Positions 1 to 9,117 of a DNA stretch of 64,000 bases are shown here, in pieces. Origin of the DNA: Saprospiraceae bacterium (GTDB taxonomy: Bacteria > Bacteroidota > Bacteroidia > Chitinophagales > Saprospiraceae); assembly GCA_040007895.1 (NCBI GenBank), contig JBDTUE010000001.1:888-64887 (forward strand), given 5' to 3'. The notes beneath the pieces were generated by a model. It was not told where the DNA came from. It saw only the letters and a program-made list of their open reading frames with translations, and did no database searches. Position 1 is the stretch's first letter. Each line of letters starts with the position of its first letter. The translations under genes were made by a program, and so were the position numbers.

Positions 1-1
1 A

Positions 2-130
2 CTGACCGGTAATATGCCCACTGAACAAATGATTTATTTCTTTGATGAAATTCATGAAGAGCTTGGAATTAACTGGAAGGAATTAAATAAATCTATGCAG
101 ATCGCTGAAGATTTATTTCACACGAATTGA
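2..130 (+). CDS. 3' end of a gene entering from upstream; the C-terminus resembles the DRE-TIM metallolyase / hydroxymethylglutaryl-CoA lyase family (partial)
   Basis: Frame 2 is open from the window edge to TGA at 128-130 (LTGNMPTEQMIYFFDEIHEELGINWKELNKSMQIAEDLFHTN). The G-N-x-x-T-E ... G-I-x-W-x-x-L pattern resembles HMG-CoA lyase / IPMS-type C-termini. Only 42 codons are visible and the ORF is not in the track. Confidence 0.3.
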   Translation: MTGNMPTEQMIYFFDEIHEELGINWKELNKSMQIAEDLFHTN

Positions 131-978
131 TTTTTATTCGTAGCTATAAATTCCATTTCGAATTGATAGAATAGCTCAAACAATTTTTTTGTGAGTTCAC
201 CCGGTTGACCATCATTTATTTTATGCTGATCTAAAAAATGAACGGGCATGACCTGTTTAGTCGAACTTGAAAGAAAGGCTTCTTTACAGGTTAATGCTTC
301 TTCAAGGGATATAGGCCGTTCTTCTACATTTAGAAATCCGGCGGCTAATTGTAAAATATATTTTCTGGTAATTCCTTTAAGTACGTTTTTATCAGGAGTT
401 ATTAATACATTATCCCAGGTGAGAAAAAATATATTAGCTCTGGATGTTTCACTGATCAATCCATTTTGAACATATAACACATCATCATAACCTCCTTGAA
501 CGATCTCTGGCCAATGCATCATGGGTACGAGGTAATTTAAAGATTTGATCTCCGGTGTTTCCCTGACATAATCTATTATTTTTAATTTAAGGGGTTTCAT
601 CTGATCAAATTCATGATATATCTTAAAGCTCAGGGCACCTGCTAATATGATAAAAGTCGGCGGTCCATCCAATGAAATGCCGTTTGATGAGACTCCACCG
701 GTTAGAATTAATCGAAACGTGCCATCGTTAATCTTATTTTTCTCAATGAGTTTTTCAATGATTCCCATAGCATCCGTGGCAGACATCGGGACTTTCAAAT
801 TCAATAATTCGGATGACCGGTAAAACCTGGCTAAATGATCTTTGACGAATACAGGGACCCCATCGTGAACTTTAAAAAAATCAAACACACCATATCCTCT
901 GAGCAGACCAAGGTCAAACACAGAAAGTTGAGCCTGATCTTTCGATACGATATTACCATTGATAAATTGATACTGCAT
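118..978 (-). CDS. Class IV (fold type IV) PLP aminotransferase; branched-chain / D-amino-acid aminotransferase or ADC-lyase family
   Basis: 286-aa ORF. The N-terminus (FINGNIV...DLGLLRGYGVFDFFKV) and the EIKSLNYL lysine motif are typical of class IV aminotransferases. It lies 8 nt downstream of the biotin carboxylase gene. Confidence 0.8.
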   Translation of the reverse strand: MQYQFINGNIVSKDQAQLSVFDLGLLRGYGVFDFFKVHDGVPVFVKDHLARFYRSSELLNLKVPMSATDAMGIIEKLIEKNKINDGTFRLILTGGVSSNGISLDGPPTFIILAGALSFKIYHEFDQMKPLKLKIIDYVRETPEIKSLNYLVPMMHWPEIVQGGYDDVLYVQNGLISETSRANIFFLTWDNVLITPDKNVLKGITRKYILQLAAGFLNVEERPISLEEALTCKEAFLSSSTKQVMPVHFLDQHKINDGQPGELTKKLFELFYQFEMEFIATNKNQFV

Positions 979-986
979 ACTATATT

Positions 987-2429
987 TTAATTGGCCGGTA
1001 GTACTACCTGGTGAGATTCTACATTATGAAGATACAAAGCTAACGCAGCCGCCGCTCTTGAGTGTAATAATTGTGTATCACCATGAAGAATATTATTTAA
1101 TTCCTGATCAAGGAAATTAACATGATAATCTCCGCTTACAATAGAAGGATGATCCAGTACAAGGATGCCAAATGGAATAGAGGTGATAATACCAGAAATC
1201 TCAAATTCATCTAAAGCAGATCTGAGTAATTGAACACAGGAAGCTCTATCGGGAGACCATGCAATCAATTTTGCAATCATTGGATCATAATATACAGAAA
1301 CGACTTTTCCTTCTTTATACCCTGCATCAATGCGGATGTGTGGGGAGACTGGAATATTAAATGAATTGATTTTCCCGGTAGAAGGAGTAAAATGATTATC
1401 CGGATCTTCTGCATACACACGCCACTGTATCGCATGACCTTTAGCAATCAGATCGTTCTGAGTAAGAACCAGAGGTTTCCCTTCTGCGATGTCAAATTGC
1501 AGATCAACTAAATCCAGACCGGTGACCATTTCAGTAACTGTGTGCTCTACCTGGAGCCTGGTATTCATCTCCAGGAAATAATAATGACCATCATTATCAA
1601 TAATAAACTCAACGGTACCTGTACTGACATATCCTGATTTGCTGGCCAATTTAATTGCATCTTCTATCAGGTGGCTCCGGAGATCAGCTGACAAATGATT
1701 AGCAGGAGATTCCTCCATGATTTTCTGATGCCTTCGTTGTAAGCTACATTCCCGTTCTGGTAATCCTAATACATTACCGTACGTATCGGCAATGATTTGT
1801 ATTTCGATATGCCTCGGAGATTTAATTAGTCTTTCAATAAAGATATCATCATTACCAAAAGACGCTTTGGCTTCTGCTTTTGCTAATTCAATACCTTCAG
1901 ATAAGGCTGCGGCTTCCTCTATCATTCTCATTCCTTTTCCGCCGCCACCGGCTGCAGCTTTAATCATAACAGGAAATCCTATTTCATTGGCTATTTGTAT
2001 AGCCTGTGCTGTCTCAGATATTGGATATTGATTTCCAGGAACGAGAGGAATACCCAGGCTATGAGCTAATTTCTTTGCTGAGATTTTGTTTCCCAGCAGA
2101 TTCATTGCATCTATACCGGGACCAATAAAATGAATACCCGCTTCTGATACTGCTTTGACAAACTTTGCGTTTTCACTTAAAAAGCCATACCCCGGATGGA
2201 TAAAATCTACTTTGGCTTCCCTGGCTACTGCAATTATTTTTTCAATATTGAGATAACTCTGGCTTGCGGGAGCGGGTCCTATTGAATAGATTTCGTCAGC
2301 ATATTCCAGGTGAAGACTTTCTTTGTCAGCTTCAGAATAAATAGCAACACAAGTCCAGTTTCTTTTGCGTGCGGATTTAAATATCCTGATAGCAATTTCT
2401 CCTCTATTTGCAACTAATAATTTAGGCAT
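987..2429 (-). CDS. Biotin carboxylase (ATP-grasp, AccC-like) with no BCCP domain
   Basis: MPKLLVANRGEIAIRIF N-terminus, the AAAGGGGKGMRMI glycine loop and EMNTRLQVEHTVTE are all biotin carboxylase hallmarks. The 480-aa protein ends without a biotinyl (MKM) domain. Confidence 0.9.
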   Translation of the reverse strand: MPKLLVANRGEIAIRIFKSARKRNWTCVAIYSEADKESLHLEYADEIYSIGPAPASQSYLNIEKIIAVAREAKVDFIHPGYGFLSENAKFVKAVSEAGIHFIGPGIDAMNLLGNKISAKKLAHSLGIPLVPGNQYPISETAQAIQIANEIGFPVMIKAAAGGGGKGMRMIEEAAALSEGIELAKAEAKASFGNDDIFIERLIKSPRHIEIQIIADTYGNVLGLPERECSLQRRHQKIMEESPANHLSADLRSHLIEDAIKLASKSGYVSTGTVEFIIDNDGHYYFLEMNTRLQVEHTVTEMVTGLDLVDLQFDIAEGKPLVLTQNDLIAKGHAIQWRVYAEDPDNHFTPSTGKINSFNIPVSPHIRIDAGYKEGKVVSVYYDPMIAKLIAWSPDRASCVQLLRSALDEFEISGIITSIPFGILVLDHPSIVSGDYHVNFLDQELNNILHGDTQLLHSRAAAALALYLHNVESHQVVLPAN

Positions 2430-2458
2430 TTAAAACAACAAAATACAATATCTTTAAG

Positions 2459-4447
2459 ATGTTACGTAACCTTCAGATGACAGAGCCAGTATTTGTTCCT
2501 TCCCATGAAATGATCTCTACGTCAAATCTATTTCAATATATGGATTGGCTAAAAAATCAAGGGGGCCCCGATACTAAAGATTATGCTCAACTATGGAAGT
2601 GGTCTACTGAACAAACCGAAGAGTTTTGGAAGAGTATAATCAAATATTTCCATATAACTATCGACGTTGAACATAGTAGTGTAAAATCAGAGGAACCCAT
2701 GCCCAAAACCAAATGGTTTGAGGATGCGACTATTAACTATGGAGAATATTTAGTAAAAAGGGGATCGCCGGAAAAAATAGCGCTGGTTGAATGTAATGAA
2801 ACGGGAACCTCCATAGAAATCACCTGGGAAACTATTATTAATGAAGCAGGCAATTTGCAAATCTACCTTGAATCATTAGGTCTTAAATCAGGTGATAGGG
2901 TAGCGGCTTATTTGCCGAATATTAAAGAAGCCTCGATTTCATTTATAGCATGTTTGGCTAATGGTTATGTCTGGTCCGTCTGTTCTCCGGACTTTGGAGA
3001 AGGTAGTGTGATAGATCGATTCCAACAGATTGAACCTAAAGTACTCCTGGCAGTGGACCAATATCGTTACGGAGGAAAACATTTTGACAGGAAGGAATCT
3101 TTGAAAAAAATTGTTCATTCTATTTCAACGATTCAGTCGCTGATTTTAATCAATGTGGATGACAAAACAGATTATGTTGGTTTAAAGGTGGAAACCATTT
3201 TGTGGAATGAAATAATAAACAAATATGATAAACCGGTATTGAAGTTTAGGCAATTATCATTTAATCATCCTATTTGGATTTTGTATTCTTCCGGCACGAC
3301 TGGATTGCCTAAAGCTATCACACATAGCCATGGAGGTATGTTGCTTGAACATTTGAAGTATGTTCATTTTCACAATGATGTCAAACCAGGTGAAAGATAT
3401 TTTTGGTTTACGACTACCGGATGGATGATGTGGAATTATCTTCACGCTACCTGGTTGGCTGGGGCTATTATAATATTATTCGATGGTAATCCAATGTACC
3501 CGGATATCCATAACTTATGGAATCTGGCTGAATCACAGGGTATAGAACATTTTGGAGCCGGAGCGCCTTTCGTTCATGCCAGTATGAAATCTGATACTGC
3601 ATTACCAACATTGGTGAAACTAAGGAGTATAAGTAGTACAGGATCTCCTTTAAGTGCAGAAGCATACAGCTGGTTATATAAATCTATACAACATCCTTTT
3701 TATGTTTGGTCGATGAGTGGTGGTACAGATGTATGTACAGCCTTTGTCGGTGGATGTCCTATAAGACCCATTTATACGGGTGAAATCCAATGCCGAGCTT
3801 TAGGATGTAATCTCCATGTTTTTGATGAAAATGGAAATTCTGTTCAAAACAAAGAAGGAGAATTAGTAGTTACTCAATCTATGCCTTGTATGCCGATTTA
3901 TTTCTGGAATGATCCTTCTGATAAAAAATACCTCGAATCATACTTTGGGACTTATCCCGGAGTTTGGAGACATGGTGATTGGATTACATTGACCGAACAT
4001 GATAGTTTGATTATTTCAGGAAGATCGGATACGACCTTAAAAAGATTTGGGATACGGATAGGTACTTCAGAAATTTATGCAGCGCTTCAAACCATTCAGG
4101 AAATTGAAGATTCTTTGATCATTCATATCGAGGATAAGGAAGGAGAATCCGTAATGCCATTGTTCGTAAAATTAAAAAATGAATTAGAACTCAGTAAACA
4201 ATTAATAAGTACTATCAAAAACCAAATTAAATCACATTGCTCTCCAAGACATATCCCGGATCATTTTATTCAAGTTAAAGACATTCCTTATACATTAAGC
4301 GGAAAAAAAATGGAAGCCGCAGTAAAGAAATTGTTTATGGGAAAACAACTTAGTGAGATTGCGGCGCAAGGAGCTATGCGCAATCCTGAATGTTTGATTG
4401 AATATGAAATGATAGCAACTTCTGGATTTATGAAGTCGCACCATTAG
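2459..4447 (+). CDS. Acetoacetate-CoA ligase (acetoacetyl-CoA synthetase), AMP-forming
   Basis: 662 aa with the ILYSSGTTGLPKAI AMP-binding motif and an N-terminal LWKWSTEQTEEFWKSI region typical of AACS. The start could instead be Met7 (2477). Confidence 0.8.
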   Translation: MLRNLQMTEPVFVPSHEMISTSNLFQYMDWLKNQGGPDTKDYAQLWKWSTEQTEEFWKSIIKYFHITIDVEHSSVKSEEPMPKTKWFEDATINYGEYLVKRGSPEKIALVECNETGTSIEITWETIINEAGNLQIYLESLGLKSGDRVAAYLPNIKEASISFIACLANGYVWSVCSPDFGEGSVIDRFQQIEPKVLLAVDQYRYGGKHFDRKESLKKIVHSISTIQSLILINVDDKTDYVGLKVETILWNEIINKYDKPVLKFRQLSFNHPIWILYSSGTTGLPKAITHSHGGMLLEHLKYVHFHNDVKPGERYFWFTTTGWMMWNYLHATWLAGAIIILFDGNPMYPDIHNLWNLAESQGIEHFGAGAPFVHASMKSDTALPTLVKLRSISSTGSPLSAEAYSWLYKSIQHPFYVWSMSGGTDVCTAFVGGCPIRPIYTGEIQCRALGCNLHVFDENGNSVQNKEGELVVTQSMPCMPIYFWNDPSDKKYLESYFGTYPGVWRHGDWITLTEHDSLIISGRSDTTLKRFGIRIGTSEIYAALQTIQEIEDSLIIHIEDKEGESVMPLFVKLKNELELSKQLISTIKNQIKSHCSPRHIPDHFIQVKDIPYTLSGKKMEAAVKKLFMGKQLSEIAAQGAMRNPECLIEYEMIATSGFMKSHH

Positions 4448-4526
4448 ATTATTGTTACCCCTGAAGAATTGTTCTAAGTACCTCATCGGGTAAGGACTTT
4501 AAAAATAACACTAAGTATTTCAGGGA

Positions 4527-5219
4527 TTATATGCGGCTATAAAGAATACCCATCAAAAGACCGATCACCAGCGAAATAGAGATCAGGATAATTGTTTTAA
4601 ACAATGAATTTCGCTTCTTCAATTTCGTATCAGTTTCGTTCATCGGACTTGTAAGCTGATTTAATATTTTAATTTTTTGATTAAAGTCACCTTTTAACGT
4701 TGATCTTATTTGATTCAAATTATCGAGGGATTGATTGATGTCATCAGGAATAACCGCATTCAGCATTTCTTTGATTCGTTTAGCCATAGTCGGTGACATA
4801 CCGTTTGTAGATATGGCAATTTTTAGCTGACCTTTCTGCACTATACTTGAAAGATAAAAATCACATAAGTCGGGCTTGTCAGCTGTATTGACCAGAATAT
4901 TTTTTTCAGCAGCCATAGCTTTAATAGCCTGATGCAAATCCGGATCATCTGTAGTCAGGAAGATTAAATCTTTTCCCTCAAGATCATGAGGTTCAAATGG
5001 TCTTTGCTCGAAGGTGCAATCAGGAAATTTATTAATTAACTCAAGGATTTCATTCTTTATCAATGGTGCAATGATCCTGATCTTGGCCCCTGGAGAATTT
5101 GATAAAATGGCTCTCAATTTTTCTAAAGCTACATTTCCTCCACCTACAATCAATGAATTTAATTCTGACATTTTTACAAACACCGGAAATAATTCATTTT
5201 TATTGATGGTACTGGTCAT
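4527..5219 (-). CDS. Precorrin-2 dehydrogenase / sirohydrochlorin ferrochelatase (CysG N-terminal domain, SirC/Met8-like) with a C-terminal transmembrane tail
   Basis: LIVGGGNVALEKLRAIL Rossmann motif, ...NILVNTADKPDLCDFYLSSIV..LKIAISTNGMSPTMAKRIKE aligns with the CysG N-domain. The last ~25 aa (LFKTIILISISLVIGLLMGILY) are hydrophobic. Confidence 0.85.
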   Translation of the reverse strand: MTSTINKNELFPVFVKMSELNSLIVGGGNVALEKLRAILSNSPGAKIRIIAPLIKNEILELINKFPDCTFEQRPFEPHDLEGKDLIFLTTDDPDLHQAIKAMAAEKNILVNTADKPDLCDFYLSSIVQKGQLKIAISTNGMSPTMAKRIKEMLNAVIPDDINQSLDNLNQIRSTLKGDFNQKIKILNQLTSPMNETDTKLKKRNSLFKTIILISISLVIGLLMGILYSRI

Positions 5220-5220
5220 G

Positions 5221-5403
5221 TTACCATGAATTTTTATTCTGGATGATGATATAAATATTCTGATAGGTGGTTCCTCTATGCCACTTGGGTATTAAATTTA
5301 AAGAAATCCCTAGTGAAGCCCAGACTGTATCAGGATGCATTCTTTTCACAACCTGGTGAACATTCAAGGGTAGTGACGATAATATTAATGCCTTGAAAAA
5401 CAT
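5221..5403 (-). CDS. Hypothetical 60-aa ORF wedged between hemB and the sirC-like gene
   Basis: ATG at 5403 lies 5 nt after the hemB stop codon, and TAA at 5221-5223 lies 1 nt before the sirC ATG (5219). No recognisable motif, so support is positional only. Confidence 0.25.
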   Translation of the reverse strand: MFFKALILSSLPLNVHQVVKRMHPDTVWASLGISLNLIPKWHRGTTYQNIYIIIQNKNSW

Positions 5404-5408
5404 GTTTG

Positions 5409-6404
5409 TCAATATTCAAAATCATTAATCCATTTTTTGGCCTCTGTCGCTGCATACGAAATGATGATGTCAGCACCGCTACGATTCAATGCAGCCCACG
5501 CTTCCACGTGTGCTGATTGCCTGTTGACCATACCTATTTTTGCCATAGTTTCAATAGCAGCATATTCACCACTTACCTGGTAAGCAGCCAATGGGGAATG
5601 AACTCTTGATTTGATTAAAGAAATAATATCGGTATACAAACCTGAAGGTTTTACCATCAGGATATCTGCTCCTTCCATTTCATCTCTTAATGCACAGTTG
5701 AGAGCGTCTGCACTATTTAAAGCAGATAATTGATACGATTTCCTATCCTTTAAAGCTGTGCCTTTTGGCGAGGAATGACAAGCATCTCTGAACGGGCCAT
5801 ACCATTGAGAACTAAATTTGGTTGAATAACTCATGATCATCGTATCATGATTTCCTTGTATATCCAGGGCCTGACGGATAGATTTGATTCTGCCATCCAT
5901 CATATCACTGGGTGCTATACAATCTACGCCGGCGGCGGCGAGTTCAAGCGCATATAGCGTTAGTACATTTACGGATTCGGCATTCAGCACTTTAGTACCT
6001 TCCTTATTCATTAATCCACAATGTCCATGTGTAGTATAACTGCAGAGACATACATCTGAAGCCAGCCAAATATTATCTCCGTATTGATTTTTTAAATCAC
6101 GAATAATGCTCGAAGCAAATGAAAAATCAACAGGGTGTTCACTTTTATGTTCAGGGACTGGGAATAACAAAAATTTAGCAATTCCTTCCCGTAGGGCATT
6201 ATCTATGACCACATGAATAGTTTCCACAGTTTGGACTTGTACTCCATTCATGAATTCAACTAATCTTGGAGTCTTGAGGTTCTCTTCGACAAAAATGGGT
6301 AGGATAAAACTTTTATGATTCAGCCGGAGTGGACTTACCAACGAACGCACCAAAGCATTCGATCTCAGGCGGCGATATACTGAAGGGTATACTTCTTTTT
6401 CCAT
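5409..6404 (-). CDS. hemB: Porphobilinogen synthase (delta-aminolevulinate dehydratase)
   Basis: YRRLRSN..LVSP..L....FILPIFV N-terminus, CLCSYTTHGHCG metal site, ADILMVKP and YQVSGEYA motifs. The start overlaps the upstream fusion gene by 40 nt. Confidence 0.95.
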   Translation of the reverse strand: MEKEVYPSVYRRLRSNALVRSLVSPLRLNHKSFILPIFVEENLKTPRLVEFMNGVQVQTVETIHVVIDNALREGIAKFLLFPVPEHKSEHPVDFSFASSIIRDLKNQYGDNIWLASDVCLCSYTTHGHCGLMNKEGTKVLNAESVNVLTLYALELAAAGVDCIAPSDMMDGRIKSIRQALDIQGNHDTMIMSYSTKFSSQWYGPFRDACHSSPKGTALKDRKSYQLSALNSADALNCALRDEMEGADILMVKPSGLYTDIISLIKSRVHSPLAAYQVSGEYAAIETMAKIGMVNRQSAHVEAWAALNRSGADIIISYAATEAKKWINDFEY

Positions 6405-9115
6405 TTGGTGAAAGCATCAAAGGTAGGAAATACGATGGGGTTGATTCCAAGTTCTTTTAACTGATCATAGGTTTTGCCCGGAAGACAAACATGTATTATC
6501 TCTTCGGGTAATAGTGCTTTTACCGAATCATAATGTGCAAAACAATTCCAAAAGATCAATTTTGAAGATGTCAGTTTGTACTTATCTATAAGACTGGATT
6601 GATATTGAATATCATACGTAGACACCGTCTGGAAACCTTCATTAGCCCATTTCATGGCAGAAGATTCACTAGTCAAAATCTTCATTTCATCAGGATTAAT
6701 AGACATTAATTCTGTTTGGAATAGAGAATGAATAGATTTAAATCCCATCGAATCAGCACAACCTTCTACCCAAATCCCTAATTGTGCTAATTTGTACCAG
6801 GTCGTAGTACCAGCTGCCCATACTCGATGATTAATGAATGATTCCGGCGCTATTTCATTTACGGCAGAAATATGGGAAATGAAATAGGAATTGGAAGCAC
6901 CAACAATTTTGCCCGGAGATGAATACGTTTTTATACTTGTAAATCCGAGTTGATCTGAACTAATAATATGATCTGGATGAACATGATCTAAATTAAGTTC
7001 AAGACCGTACCAGTCTTCAAACTCATTTCCATACTGGTCAATACCTTTAGCAAGAATTGTTTCCTGTTGATTAAGTGTTATGGAAGAGACACCAAATTTT
7101 TGAATACAACCACTACCGTAGTTATTTGCAATCCGTTTCTCAGCCACACACTGTTCATGATTCTTTACATCTTTGATTGTAGCTAATACTTCGTTTGCAA
7201 ACAAATTGGATTTCAAACATTCCGTCACAATAGCACCCTGACACGGAGCCGGCAGACAATCTATTAAGGGCAAAACCATGATCTTTTTATCATGCAACAA
7301 TCCAGTGATCAGCGTAGCATTTTCATTATTCTTAAACATTCGATCGATTCCGGCAAATGCCAAAATAATGCCGTCATACTCACCCGTCTTTAATTTGGAT
7401 AACCTGGTTTCTATATTTCCACGGATGGGTACAGCTTCCAGTTTAATATCGGAAGATAGTTGAGGCAATGCTTTTTTGAGAAAATCAAGTGCCATTAACT
7501 CTCTCCTGAAAGAACATGTGCCAATTCTAATCGTTTTATTCTCTTTTATATTGTCGATGATGTTAGAATTAAAAATAACAATATCTCTTACTTCTGCCCG
7601 GTCAACCACAGCAAACGTATGATCACCAAAAAAATGTTCTGTGCTCATATCTTTTAATGAATGCACAGCGATATCGGCAACTCCCTGGTCAAGATCATTA
7701 AAAATGTCTTCTGTAAAAAAATCTATTCCTTCCTGAGTATGCAAAGGAATGTTGATTAACCGGTCACCTTTGCTATCTTTTAACTTTACTTCAATTTCAA
7801 GGTTTGGAAAGTGGACATTAATCTTTGACTTTACAATTTCGATCTGGGCTATTGATAGTCGTGAGCTTCTTCCGGTTATTATTATTTTTTGGTTTAAAAC
7901 AGAATTCAGACTTTTTGCTAAATGTTGAATGTCAGCAATACTATGTCTAGGTGTAATAGTAATTCTTAAACATTCCTGACCTTTTTTTACCGTTGGTTGA
8001 TTAATGGGTTGTACATATATTCCAAATTCATTCAACAATCTATCGGCAATCGCTTTACATCTGCTTGCATTGCCTATCAGAATATTAGTGATATGTGTTT
8101 CTGCTCCGGTAAAATGAATGTTGAATTGAGCTAAACCGGATCTGAGTATAACGATATTTTTAAAAAAATCATTTCTTAAAACTTGATTTGTCTTAATTTC
8201 ATGGATACTATTAACTGCAGTTACACAAATCGAAGGGGGTAGGGATGTAGTGAAAATAAACCCACTCCCGAAACTTCTGACAAAATCTATCCAATTATTG
8301 GATGCAGCGATATAGCCACCAAAAACTCCGATGGCCTTGGAAAGTGTACCATTAATAAAATCAACTGATCTTTCCAAGCCAAACTTTTCAAGCATGCCAG
8401 CTCCGGTATTCCCATAAAGCCCCACCGCATGAACTTCATCTATGTAAGTAAGGCATTGATATCTTTTTGCAAGTTCAATAATGGCTGAAAGAGGTGTCAC
8501 TGTTCCTGAAATAGAATAAACACTCTCAAATACAATTATTTTAGGTGCTGATGCAATAGTGGTTTTTAAAATATGTTCAAGATCAGCAACATCATTGTGT
8601 TTAAAAATTAGTTTTTTATTGGAGGTTGCCCTCATACCTTCAATCATGGACGCATGATTCTCTTCGTCAGATATAAATATTAAATCCGGAATCATTCGCC
8701 CCAATGTACATAACGTAGTCTGATTTGCCTGGTAAGCACTGTTGAACAAAAGAGCATTTTCTGTTTTATGCCAGCCAGCAATTCTTTTTTCAAGTTGACG
8801 ATGGTAAATAGTGCTACCTGATATGTTACGGGTACCACCGCTTCCTGTCCCTACCTTTGAAGTGGTTTCATTACTGATATCGACATTGCCAGACCAACTA
8901 CCTAAAGCTAGATAATCATTCGTACACCAATTAGTGGCTTGCATAGAGATTCCCTGATCATTAATATATTGAAATTTGGGAAATGTAGTAATCTGCTTAT
9001 CAATAGAAATAAAGTGTCTGTAAGATCCGCTTGATTTAAGGGCATCTAATTTTGATTTGATAAACTCATCAAAATCAAAGGAAGAAACCGAAATATCAGG
9101 ATCTTTTTCTGACAT
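6365..9115 (-). CDS. Tri-domain fusion: 5-aminolevulinate synthase (about aa 1-405), hydroxymethylbilane synthase HemC (about aa 410-700) and a uroporphyrinogen-III synthase-like HemD domain (about aa 700-916)
   Basis: One uninterrupted 2751-nt ORF. ALAS strings: NWCTNDYLALG, GTGSGGTRNISGST, NHASMIEGMR, YIDEVHAVGLYG, NGTLSKAIGVFGGYIA, YVQPINQPTV. HemC strings: GRSSRLSIAQ, DIAVHSLKDM, PAPCQGAIVTEC, GSGC. The tail has VWAAGTTTWYKLAQLG and LPGKTYDQLKELG, which are HemD-like. Confidence 0.85.
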   Translation of the reverse strand: MSEKDPDISVSSFDFDEFIKSKLDALKSSGSYRHFISIDKQITTFPKFQYINDQGISMQATNWCTNDYLALGSWSGNVDISNETTSKVGTGSGGTRNISGSTIYHRQLEKRIAGWHKTENALLFNSAYQANQTTLCTLGRMIPDLIFISDEENHASMIEGMRATSNKKLIFKHNDVADLEHILKTTIASAPKIIVFESVYSISGTVTPLSAIIELAKRYQCLTYIDEVHAVGLYGNTGAGMLEKFGLERSVDFINGTLSKAIGVFGGYIAASNNWIDFVRSFGSGFIFTTSLPPSICVTAVNSIHEIKTNQVLRNDFFKNIVILRSGLAQFNIHFTGAETHITNILIGNASRCKAIADRLLNEFGIYVQPINQPTVKKGQECLRITITPRHSIADIQHLAKSLNSVLNQKIIITGRSSRLSIAQIEIVKSKINVHFPNLEIEVKLKDSKGDRLINIPLHTQEGIDFFTEDIFNDLDQGVADIAVHSLKDMSTEHFFGDHTFAVVDRAEVRDIVIFNSNIIDNIKENKTIRIGTCSFRRELMALDFLKKALPQLSSDIKLEAVPIRGNIETRLSKLKTGEYDGIILAFAGIDRMFKNNENATLITGLLHDKKIMVLPLIDCLPAPCQGAIVTECLKSNLFANEVLATIKDVKNHEQCVAEKRIANNYGSGCIQKFGVSSITLNQQETILAKGIDQYGNEFEDWYGLELNLDHVHPDHIISSDQLGFTSIKTYSSPGKIVGASNSYFISHISAVNEIAPESFINHRVWAAGTTTWYKLAQLGIWVEGCADSMGFKSIHSLFQTELMSINPDEMKILTSESSAMKWANEGFQTVSTYDIQYQSSLIDKYKLTSSKLIFWNCFAHYDSVKALLPEEIIHVCLPGKTYDQLKELGINPIVFPTFDAFTKWKKKYTLQYIAA

Positions 9116-9117
9116 AC

